Assembly (NCBI GenBank): GCA_050273025.1
Contig: CP158635.1
Coordinates: 6,758,001-6,822,000 of the forward strand
Direction of reading: 5' to 3'
Length of the DNA stretch: 64,000 bases
Origin: Cenococcum geophilum
Lineage: Eukaryota
The stretch's first letter is position 1. Each line of letters begins with the position of its first letter. Both the position numbers and the translations under genes were made by a program. The notes under the pieces are model-generated. The model was not told where the DNA came from. It was given only the letters and a program-made list of their open reading frames with translations, and made no database searches. This document shows, in pieces, positions 14,235-24,800 of the stretch.

Positions 14235-14860
14235 AATTAAACCCCCCTCTCTATGCTCTCTTCTCCCGGCCTTACTAAAATACCTAGTATAAATATACTT
14301 CTTTCGTAACAAAGATAGAAAGGCTATATAGAAGTAGTCTTTTAAAACCCAATACTTAATTTTTATAAACTGTATAAGCATAGCTAATCTTACGAGCTAG
14401 GTGATCGTGCGGGCTATATTAGTACATAGTTAAGAAAAAAGTAGAATAGTGTAATTGGCGGGCCGGTATACAGGAATATAATACTATTTAACTTTATATA
14501 ATATGGCTTGGAGGAGTGCAGAGCCTTAACCTAAGCTATAGAAACACGTTCTCTAACTAAGCCTCTATTATATAACCACTAACTGCTTCTAGGCGCTGCG
14601 GCCGCCGCATACCCCGCCACTTACCCTTTTTAGAACTTTAGAAGTTATACTAGTCCTTAATTAAGCGACTAACGTTTAAAGCTCTAACTAACTAGCTAAA
14701 TCTGTCATAGATTAGATAAAGCTAACGATGACTTCTTAATATATATATAGAGGCTCTAGAGCTATGTTTAATAAAGCAGAGTTTTTATTCTTAATCGTCC
14801 TATTTAACACCAAATTACTCCCTTAAATATTGCTCAAGACGCAGTCGAAACTAGAGAAAC

Positions 14861-15862
14861 ATGCCATTCAAAAATATTCCGTTTGGCTTAGCGCAGCTTA
14901 TAGATAGTAAGAAATATAGCGACTTAAAACTTATATACTAGGGGCTAGAGTTTAAAGTCTATAAAGCGATTATATGCACCTAATTTCCTATACTTACAGC
15001 TACCTATAATAGAGGCTTTTAGGTAAAAGCTAACTAAATATCTAGTAGAATTAACCCTAACTAACCAACTAACGGGTAGGAGGCGGCGACTAACATTATA
15101 AATATTAACGAGTTCGATTCCGGCACCGTTAAGAGGATAATCCAATTTATATATAAGAGAAACTATAAGAATGGCAAGGAGGAGCAAGGATCTAATATTA
15201 ACGACACTAATACCTTATCGCCATCTAAACTAGATAATAGCGGTGGCGATAATAAAGATACAACGATACGGCCGACGACGGCCTATATTACACTTTATTA
15301 CGTCTATATTAATGCAATTGCCGATTACTATAATATACTATAGCTAAAAGAGCTTATAAATATAAAAATCTAATATATTCTAGGAACTAGCTAGTCCGTA
15401 AACGGGTTTCCTAATATTGTTAAGGATGTCTTTAGCCTAATAGGCAACTTAGTATTATATAATATAATCACCTTAATAGCGGCTAAGCATATTAAAGAGC
15501 TTGTTAAACTTAGGGACTTTATAGAGCTAGACATTATAAGCGATTTCGCTATTGGCATTATACGGACAGCGATTACCGCATCTAAGGATATAGAGGAAAA
15601 TTTTATACTAAAACTTTAAGCTGTCTAATCTCAGCTATAATAAATAGAATTACTGCTTTAATCCGCCGAGGCGAGGTATATCGCGGCTGAGCGCAAAAGC
15701 AAAAACATTAATAACTGTCTTAATACCCTCTACACGACCAAGACCTATTATAATATTGGTTGTAGAGCCGAGTTTATATATTATATTAAGGACAGCAGTC
15801 ATCTATCCGACCCTAATTACCCTTATATACTTCGTTGTAAAAGGTGCGAGCGTTATATATAA
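14861..15862 (+). pseudogene. BTB/POZ-domain protein
   Basis: SKKYSDLKLIY*GLEFKVYKAIICT*FPIL..RGF*, an intron at 15023-15079, then EAATNII..VKRIIQFIY..YVYINAIADYYNIL*LK and a C-terminal Cys cluster (YILRCKRC). Confidence 0.85.
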
Positions 15863-16004
15863 GTAAAGATACATAGCTTAGGAGATCGGCTTAGGTAGGA
15901 AGTCATTATATCGTTTAGGTTGATCTAAGAAATTCGAATATATATCTCGTCCATAGTCGATCCGTTAGATATTATATAGCAACTATATTATCCATTTCCC
16001 ATTA

Positions 16005-16115
16005 GCCTCCCCTTACCTTACCCCTTACCCCTTACCTCTTACCCCTCACCCCACCCTTCATCTCATCCTTTACCTCACCCTTACCTTTACCCTTACCTAT
16101 TACCCCTCGCCCCCT
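16005..16115. repeat. Degenerate (CCCCTYA/CCCTYA)n pyrimidine-rich microsatellite
   Basis: Directly visible in the sequence. Confidence 0.8.
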
Positions 16116-16139
16116 AGACGAATTACAAAATCCTAGTTA

Positions 16140-17184
16140 TTATATCGTTATTAAAGACTTGTGGCAGTACCTGGAGCGCGAGGAAGAAGGTAAACTACTG
16201 CGTAAGATGTCGGAGGAGGGAGTGGTTAACGTGGCTAGGTACTATTACTATGAGACTGTTCGCATAAATGGACAAAATAATAATATCTACAATATCTGTA
16301 AGGGGCTAGATATTATAAAAGCGATAAAATATAAGCCAGAAGGCTTAATAATGCCTCTAAGACCGGCTGGAGTGTAAATTAGTATAAGAAAAGGCCGAAG
16401 TTCTAGTAGAAAGAGATCTTCTAGCTATACTAATGTTCTATTACCGCCTAGCAAGCGTATATATTTGGGTTCTCTACCTAAAGGCGGAAAGCGCCTTATA
16501 ACCCTAAATTGAGTATATTAACGCGTTATTACTAGGGACTACGGAAAGCCTCTTTACAAGGCAAGCTCTTGGGCTGTAATGCTTACTGTATTAGAGGGTG
16601 GCATTAAAGGATATAAGTCTTTATATACGCGGGCTAGTATTATCTAATATAATATTTTAATAGGCAATCTTATAATAAACGAGGAAGACGACAATCCTTC
16701 TTGGCTAGTATTCTTAATCGACTTTAATCTTGCGATTAAGGAGTAGCGAGAAGGGCCTTTAGGAGCGCGGGGTAAGACCGGCATAAGAGCGTTTATAGCG
16801 ATTAGAGTGCTCCTAGGCGAGATATATTTAGCTTAGTATAATTTTAAGTTGTTTTTTTAGGTGCTATTCTGGATATATATTTACTATAATGGACCTAATA
16901 GGAAAGGTAACGTTGTTAATAGGTTTAATAAGTAGAATTCTATAGATATGGAAGAGCTAGCTAAGATAAAGAAAGGAGAAGTGGATGATAAAGGGGATTT
17001 TCTTAAGGGTGTAGGTGATAACTTTTTGCCGTACTATCAGCTACTAATCCCTTAGGTTAATAGATTGCGGAAGGTAGTATTTCTAGGCGGTGGGAGGCGA
17101 AAGGGAAATAATAAAAAACTTCCTTCTTAAATAAAGGAGGTGCTTTAGGAAGCAAGGAAGGATCTAAAGGTGTTAGTAGAGTAG
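16140..17184 (+). pseudogene. FunK1-type fungal protein kinase, C-terminal half only
   Basis: VIKDLWQYLEREEEGKLL..NVARYYY..RDYGKPLYKASS..LIDFNLAI..GARGKTGIRAFIAIRVLLGE..VNRLRKVVF. No N-terminal half is present upstream. Confidence 0.85.
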
Positions 17185-17187
17185 ATA

Positions 17188-17473
17188 GAATAATATTTTA
17201 TTGCTCTTCTACCGTATAAGTGAAGTTTTGCAGAGATTTGGGCGGCTAAGGCTAGGTAGCAGCCTTAGTTAAAACGTATGTGAAATAGCATAGGGTAAGT
17301 CGCCTGGGCTAAATAAACCCAGGAAAGAATAATATTTTATTTTCCTGTGTTCTTCTACCGCACGGGTTAAAGTTTTACGGGGATTTGGGCGGCTAAGGCT
17401 AGGCAGTAGCCTTGGTTAAAATATATATAAAATAGCATAGGGCGAGTTGCCTAGGCTGAATAAACCTAGGAAA
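17188..17473. repeat. ~140-bp direct tandem duplication with internal stem-loops
   Basis: Two copies of gaataatattttatt...gggcggctaaggctagg..agcctt..gcct(g/a)ggct..aaacc(c/t)aggaaa. Confidence 0.9.
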
Positions 17474-17809
17474 GCAGATAACCTAATTGTTTACGAAGAT
17501 TTAAAGGAGGACAAAGCGAATCTGCTATGGCCTTTATGTCTTTATAGCTAGAACTAAACTTATTAGCCTTCTTATTATAATAAAACGCTATTATTCTTAC
17601 TATAGATATGTAAAGCAGAACTAGAACGTGTAATAGTAGGACGCCTTACGCTTTAAATAGAGTATACTTCTTTTGTAATAAAGATAGAAATGCTATCTAA
17701 AATTAGTCTTTAAAACTTAATGCTTGATTTTATAAACTATCCGAGCATGGCTTTTAAAGTATAGAACGCTATTTAATATTATATGGCTTTCCTTGTACAC
17801 TGGATGGCT

Positions 17810-18200
17810 GTAGGGAATTTTTGCATCTAATAAGATAACGCCTAGTATAGCCCGCGATTTCACAATCTCTGCCCGCCTGAAGTTAATTATTATCGCCTGG
17901 CTAATCTTTATATTCTAAAGCATATTATAGGGTATCGCATCTTGGTGTAATACTCCTAGCTAATATACGGCCTAAATTAAGTGCTTAACCTGTTCAGTTA
18001 GGTATTGCCTATTATTGCCGTTAATACGTTAAGAGATAAACTTGCCCCTAAAACTAAGGAACCTTATATAAATAATCTTTATAATACCGTTATAGAAATA
18101 CGGACGGCTAAATTAATATTTCCTAGATGTACCGGTATATGGATCCCTTAAATTAGACGGAGGCGCTTGTAAATGGTGGCCTCCTGCTTTAGGTGGCTGG
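17810..18200 (-). pseudogene. Protein-kinase-like domain fragment of a fungal accessory kinase family
   Basis: HLKQEATIYKRLRLI*GIHIPVHLGNINL..YNGII..FLSF..LGVLHQDAIPYNML*N..IINFRRAEIV, with HxD-xxxxN and DF-like motifs. Confidence 0.7.
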
Positions 18201-18290
18201 GTAAGAAGAGGCGAGCTAGGTAATATCTGTAAACTTTAGGAATCTTGTTAGGAACGTAATTAAGAATATTGGACGGACAGTCCGTGGGTG

Positions 18291-20897
18291 TTAATGAGAT
18301 ACTCTATGTATATTATATGCATGTCTCTTAAAATGCATTATGCCCTCTATTTACGTGGAATATTTAAGATGGCAACATTTAAACTCTTTTTAATAGTTGG
18401 GTAGTCAAAAGTGGGTATCTATATGCTTCTTTAGGACGTCTTTTCGCGGTATATGGCGCATCCGTTTTTCGTATAAGAACTCGTTATTGCCTATATAAAT
18501 GAGGCATACTAGGTAGGGAAGCTCTATAGAATATAACTAAATAGTCTTAGCTTTAGCGGCATTTAAAGTGCTAAGCTCTTATTAAATAGTCCCGCAATCT
18601 TTATTATTTAGCGACTCTTTCTTTAGGGATATATGACCGGGAGTTTAGTAATTTAAGGTACTCTTAAGACTAATATCCTTTCGCTTTCGCACGTAAGATA
18701 TCTTCTTACCTTTAAAGATAATAAAGTCTATTTTCTTTTATTTTAAAGGTTTATATTAAGCCGTTTCTTATTAATGACGCAGTTAAGCTAGGTTTTTAAT
18801 GAACTTAACTTAGGCTTTTTTATTTTTAAAAGGTGTAAAGAGCATTCTAGTAATGGTAGCCCGCTCCTGAAGTTTAAATTCCACCCTTAGTAGTGTTAAT
18901 ACCTTAGTTAGGCCCTTCCTACTAAGCTACCTGGCTATCTCGATCGTGTTGATTAAGTTATGGAATTTGCAAATAGCGGTTATTAATTGTTCCCTCTGTA
19001 ATCTTTAATACGTTATGCCAATCTTCTGCTTGGTCTCTTTATATTACTGGTATAATTTAGTGCCTTTAGCCTTAGTAATGGGGTAGAGGCCTTCGCCGTA
19101 GATACAGTTCTTATATTCTTCTTGTTCGTTACGAAGTGCTTTAAGCTTAGGGTTGTTGCGGACTTCTTCTAGCTGGTCATTATTAAGCTCTATAGGCGCT
19201 CGTCGATCTTATAACAGCCCTATTCTCGCGATAGATTTAATAAGGAGATCTTATAAAGGACTTCCAAAATAGATGCTCTGGTAATTGCGTGCAATATGCG
19301 TTGGTATATAATACCTCTTATATATACTACTAAGATGGCCTATAGTCTGGTTCCGCTCTTTCGGAGTGACAGTATCTATCTATATAATTAATATATAACT
19401 AGGTCTAGAGGTAATTATTGAGCGGACTTACCGTTAATGTTTTTACCTAAAGCCCGTCGCAGCTGGTATAGCTCTAGTGCCTCCTTAAACCTAGTAACAA
19501 GCCCTAAGCGTACGAATATGTCACGGTATTTGGCGTATAGAAAGGCCTTTTCTTTTATAATATTGCCACCCCTAGTTATATAGCTGACGTCGCAGAAGAA
19601 TGGCTGATCTAGTACTTTATTCTTCTATTTAATATATAGCACGTCGCGGTGCGCTAGTATCTTAAGGTTGAAGATGTCTTAAACACTTATAAAGTTATCT
19701 AGGAATGCGTCTTAACTAATGCCGACGGCTAAGATATACAAAACAATATAGAATGTAGGAAGGTCTTTAAAACGGAAGGTAAATTTCTTTCTATAGATTT
19801 ATAGTTAGTAGGATATATTATTTATACACAGTATAAAGCTTACGGTTTACTATTCTTTTCTTTATTCTTAATGTGTTTTAGGTTTACATTTACTATAATT
19901 ATGCTCTTATTAGAGCGTTTCTTGCTACAAATAACTATAACGTTAATATTCTTAAACCAGACGGCTTTATTGCTGCCTTTAGCACTAGCGCTTTCCACTA
20001 GAGCGCCTGGTCTTATAGCTGTAGCTGCGCTAAGTAGGAAAAGAAGTAAAATTTGGACTCTAATAAAGCTATGGAGTGGCTTAGTATTGTTAATCCAGAG
20101 AGCGTGAAGGATAGTATAAAGGTCTTAGACGAATATAGCGTACTTTTCCTTTGCCGACTTATTAAGCCTAAGGCTTAGGATCTACTTCTACAGCTATTAG
20201 TCTGCCTTAAAGGAGGGGTGGGAACTTATATTGTAAACATTATTAAGGATATTACTGTCCATTTTATGGCGTATAAGGTCTATATAGTACATGCTAATTC
20301 GTTTCTAATAGCTCCGCATTACGCTTTCCTTCTTAATTTAAAAATGTTTCTTCTGCTAGCGGAGATATGCTTTAAATACCTTTAGGGCGTATTTACGCAG
20401 CTAGTTATCTAGGGTTTTTTAGGTTTTCTTTTTAATCTTTAGGCAGTACCTAGTTTGTAGTAATTAGAGGGTATAATAACGAGTTAGTGGGAATTTTATA
20501 ATTTACCTCTCCTAAATTTCGCCTTCCCTCTTTTATAGTTTCTTAGTATAAGGAGTATGGTTCGGTTTCGCGGGTCCCTCCTCTTCTAATTTAGTAATGT
20601 CTTTTAGTATTTCCTTAGCTTTAGAGTCCAATTTTATATCTAATCCCATATCTAACTCTATATCTAATTTCGCATCTAATTCCGCATCTAATTCTGTATC
20701 TGGTTCCGTGTCTAGTTCTCTAGAATCTAAATCTATACTATCTTTTAAACGAATATATGTATCTAGATTGGTGTCTGTGTTTGAGTCTGGACTTTAGAGT
20801 CGTAAATTTGAGTTTTAATAAACGGCGGCGGCGTAGGGCGCTCCTCTCCTCTCTGTCCTGTGGGCCGGAGCAGCTACTTCGATAGGTGTACTACTAT
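18291..20897 (-). pseudogene. DUF3435 tyrosine recombinase (Starship 'captain'), RIP-inactivated, ~4 introns
   Basis: An acidic N-terminus is followed by SAATAIRPGALVES (~19990-20030), LELYQLRRALGKNIN (~19435-19480), ERNQTIGHLSSIYKRYY (~19305-19360), LL*DRRAPIEL and a C-terminal Cys/His zinc-finger-like end. GT-AG introns include 20450-20506 and 19791-19843. The start ATG has been RIP-mutated to ATA. Confidence 0.9.
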
Positions 20898-21836
20898 TTT
20901 AGCGACAGCGAGTTTGCTAAATAGGTAAGGTGAGTATTATAGATGAGGATTAAATTGCCAGAGAGGAAGTGGACCGAGGATAGTAAAGGAAGAGAGAGAG
21001 GAAGTGGAATGAGGGTGGTAAAGGGAGATAGTGTAGGGACAGGGCGAGCAGGCTATTCCTTTAAGTAGACGCTGGCCTTTCCACCTGGGCTGTGCCGTTA
21101 TTGAATTAACGTAAGCGCTGACGAGCTTTGCTAAAGCTTGTGTCCCGTTTCTAACCCTCTAGGATAATAGGGCGGGACATGATAGGGATGGGAAGTGCTT
21201 AAGTGAATAGAGCTTCTTTAAAGCGGTGATGTGACAGGGTCTAAGTGAGGTAAGAACGCCGCCAAAAGCGGCGGCTAACAACCTCCAAAAACAGATGTAA
21301 TCCCACTACCACATGTATTTATATAGGGATAATAATATACTATAAGGAACAAAAGAATGTTTAATTAAGAGTTTTGCGTTTTATTATAATAACGCATACT
21401 AAGTTTATAAGGACGCTAAGTATAGCGCAAGTTATTAGCTATAAGAGCCTAAGTTAAAAGGACTTTAGGGTATAAAGAGCTAAATAAAGAACTAGATTAG
21501 GACTAAGACGGCATAGCTAGCCAATAGTTAGTGGAGAAGTTTCTTATACACTAGTTCTACTAAGCTATAGGATCTAAAGATTAAGATAATTAGACTATAA
21601 GTAGCGATAATAAGGTAATAAAGGCAGCTTACTAGAAGTATATAAACCTTAAGGACGTAATAATAGAGGTAGAGGTTAAATCCACTATAGAGAAAGGATT
21701 AATAATGGAGATTAAAACTCTATTAGATATAATGTTTATTGCTTTACAAGACATAAGAAAAGTAGGATAGTAAGCTACTTTAGCACTTAATAAAGGCGAA
21801 AGGCTAAAGGCTTAAGATTTTTAAGAAAAGATAAAA

Positions 21837-24800
21837 TGTAACGGAGCCTTGTAGTAAGAACTACGGTAAACTTATTAATAGGCTAGGTATATAGGTATTA
21901 CAAGTAAGTTAACAACGTAATAATAACTGGTAGAGTGGTTGCCTAACAGATTAACTCCAATTATATTCTAAGAATTGCTATAAGGAAGGAACTATCTAGG
22001 TAGGGACTAAGGGTCCTTAAATATACAACCGTGCTCTTATAAAATCCTCCTTATACGTAATATACGTAAGGTACGTAAGGTACGCAAGTTCCTCTTATTC
22101 CTTATGTTTAATACATAGCACGTCATATAACCTTAGTTACTATTCCTTATTATATAGTTCTATGGGTTTTATTTTAGACTGTGCTTATATTAACTAACTA
22201 GCTTCTTCTAACTTTTCTCTAAGTAGTTATAATATTATACTTAAAGCGTCCATAACACTATCTCCCTTCTCTTTATCTTTGTCCTTAAAGATACCTAGCA
22301 TCTCTAAGTCGTTTACTAGAGGTATAATATCCGTCTAATTAATTTAGTTAATATTATTACTTATAATACCTAAAGCACCTTCTTCTTCTTTATACGCGTA
22401 ACGTTATACCCATACTATTACTATAATATTATTGCTTAATAAAATAATGCTATCTCCATATTCTCGTTATTTAAAAGAGAGGTTAGTTTATATCGCGCTA
22501 GCGAGTCCTTTATCTTAATAACCTTCTTTTTATTTAGAGTGCACTAAAGTAAATATTTAATTGTCTTATAATGTTCGCTCTACTTCTAACGCTAAGTATA
22601 CGCGTCCTATAACCCTTAATAGTCTTTAAGTTCCCTAAGTAATTTATTATAGGGTTTTATATTTAATTTGCTGCTATAAAGCTTAATAGTAACCTAGTAT
22701 AGGCCCTTGCGAAGTTTAAGTGTTCTTAAGATGCGGAACAAAAGGCCCTAAATACTCGTATTGCGGCGTCTACCTATCTACTTCGTCTTAAGAAAGTTTG
22801 TAAAAAGGTCTGTTTTAAGGAGTAGAAGTTTATAAAATAAGGTCTATAGGAACTTAGTAATAAAAGAGCGGATCCTCTTTTAATAGAGAAGGAAATAACT
22901 CTAAGTAGTTCGGCAGTCGCTCTTCCTAGGTCCCCTTTAGGTAACTTATTCTTTGGCGATTCTTCTTTATTAATATTACCTAACCTTTTCTCTTCTAATA
23001 CTCCTATACCTTTCCTATAGCGTTTTTTAGGTTCTCTAGTAGTTCCTAGGTAGTCTTATTATAGCCTATCCACTTTACTTTGTACTATATTTTATTGTCT
23101 ATATCCTTATAACTAACGATCTTTAAAACTTGCTATTTATCTTCCTCTTATCCTCTATACATATCTACTTTATAAACTAGTGGCTTAATATTCCTATATA
23201 CTAGCTCTAGCATCGCGATGTGCTATATAGGGTAGATCTTTATCCTAGCTAGTAGGTTTAACTTATATATAACCAATAAAATTTTCTATATAATTTTAAA
23301 AGGTCCTAGTCTAATATGGTCTAACTTCTTACTTAGTTATTAACTCTTAAAATTTTTATATAGTAGCCATACTTTATCTCCCTCCTTAAGATCTAGTCCC
23401 TTAGATCTCTTAGCATTATAGTACTTTTTTATTCTTTACTATACCACTTTAGCTATTTCCATAAGGTCTATATAAAGATTTATTAAACTCTTTATTCTTT
23501 CTTTAGCTATACTACTTATCTTCTTTACTTAATATGGCGATAATAAGGTCCTTAGCTTATATCCATAATTCGCCTTAAATAGTAACGTGCCCATTCCTTC
23601 TTATAGTGTTATATTATATATAAACTATATAATTAGTAATAATAATACCTAATTATTCTATACATAATTAATATAATACCTTAGATATTATTCTAGTGTC
23701 TAGTTTAATCTTTCTATAGATAATATACGGTAGAAGTTACTGCTTAAACTCCTTACTCTACTAAAAATACTTCCTAGAATACTACTATAAATCTTAAATC
23801 TCTATCCAATATAATTTTACTTAGTACTTTATATCTTATAAACACTTCTTTAATATAAATTCTAGCAATATCTTCCGCTAATATTTCCTCTAAGCATGCT
23901 ATAAAGTATCCCCACTTTATAAGCTTATTTATTATTACTAAGATTATATTATAATCTTATCTGGTAATAGGGTCTCTTAACCTTAGCAACTTAATAATAA
24001 AATCCCATAATATAACCTCCTATAGTCTCTCTGGTATTTTAATAGGTTATAGCTCTCTATATGGCTTATACCTTATTAGTTTATTTCTTTAGCAATCTAA
24101 ATATTCTTTTATAACTTACCTAGCTAGTCCCTAGATTCTATTAATAATATACTTCTCTTAAAGTCTTAATACTAAGCCTATAGCTCTGTTATATCCTTAA
24201 GTTAGTCCTTTATAAAACAATTTAATAAACTCCTTTATAATAAATCTTAGTATATATATTACTTCTTAATTTTCATACTACTCTAAGTCTAGATCCTCTG
24301 TTTATATGTCTAAGATTTTTTATATTTAATTACTTTCTAATAATTTATAGATCTTCTCTTCTTATATTATTATAATCTTCGGATAATTATATCTAATCCT
24401 CCTATTTATATCCTTTTATAATAAAGCCCCTAATAGCTTTTTATTATTTTATAGTTTAGCTTTTCTACTTAGAGCGTCCGCTTGTATATTCTCTATACCC
24501 TTAGTATACTAAATCTTAAAATAGTATTCTATAAGCATCTCTGCCTATCTAACCTATCTTTAATTAAGTTCCTTTATTATTAGGAATCCTGTTAGGTTCT
24601 TATAATCTATCTTAACTATAAATAATTTCTTTATACCTTGTAAGAATGCTCTCTATTCCTTTAGTGCTGTAACTATACCTAATAACTCCTTATTATAGAT
24701 GTTATAGTTTAACTTTAGTAGTATTATCTTTTAACTATAATATGCCACTAGGTGCTATCTATCTTAATATTTTTATATAAAGTATGCCCCTAGTATATAG

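Larger units (their letters stand above)
1..21310 (-). mobile_element. Degenerate Starship-like giant tyrosine-recombinase transposon (captain-proximal ~21 kb; continues beyond the left edge of the window)
   Basis: The DUF3435 captain is the first gene, about 400 bp inside an abrupt junction with Gypsy pol sequence at ~21310. Downstream lie intron-containing accessory genes rather than TE genes. All are RIP-mutated. Confidence 0.8.

Noticed and set aside
16005..16115. True interstitial telomere
   Set aside because: The units are CCCTYA/CCCCTYA rather than canonical CCCTAA, and they are irregular.
17188..17473. Hammerhead ribozyme
   Set aside because: ctgaata/ctaaata and gaaa are present, but I could not assemble a CUGANGA...GAAA...UH core with three stems.
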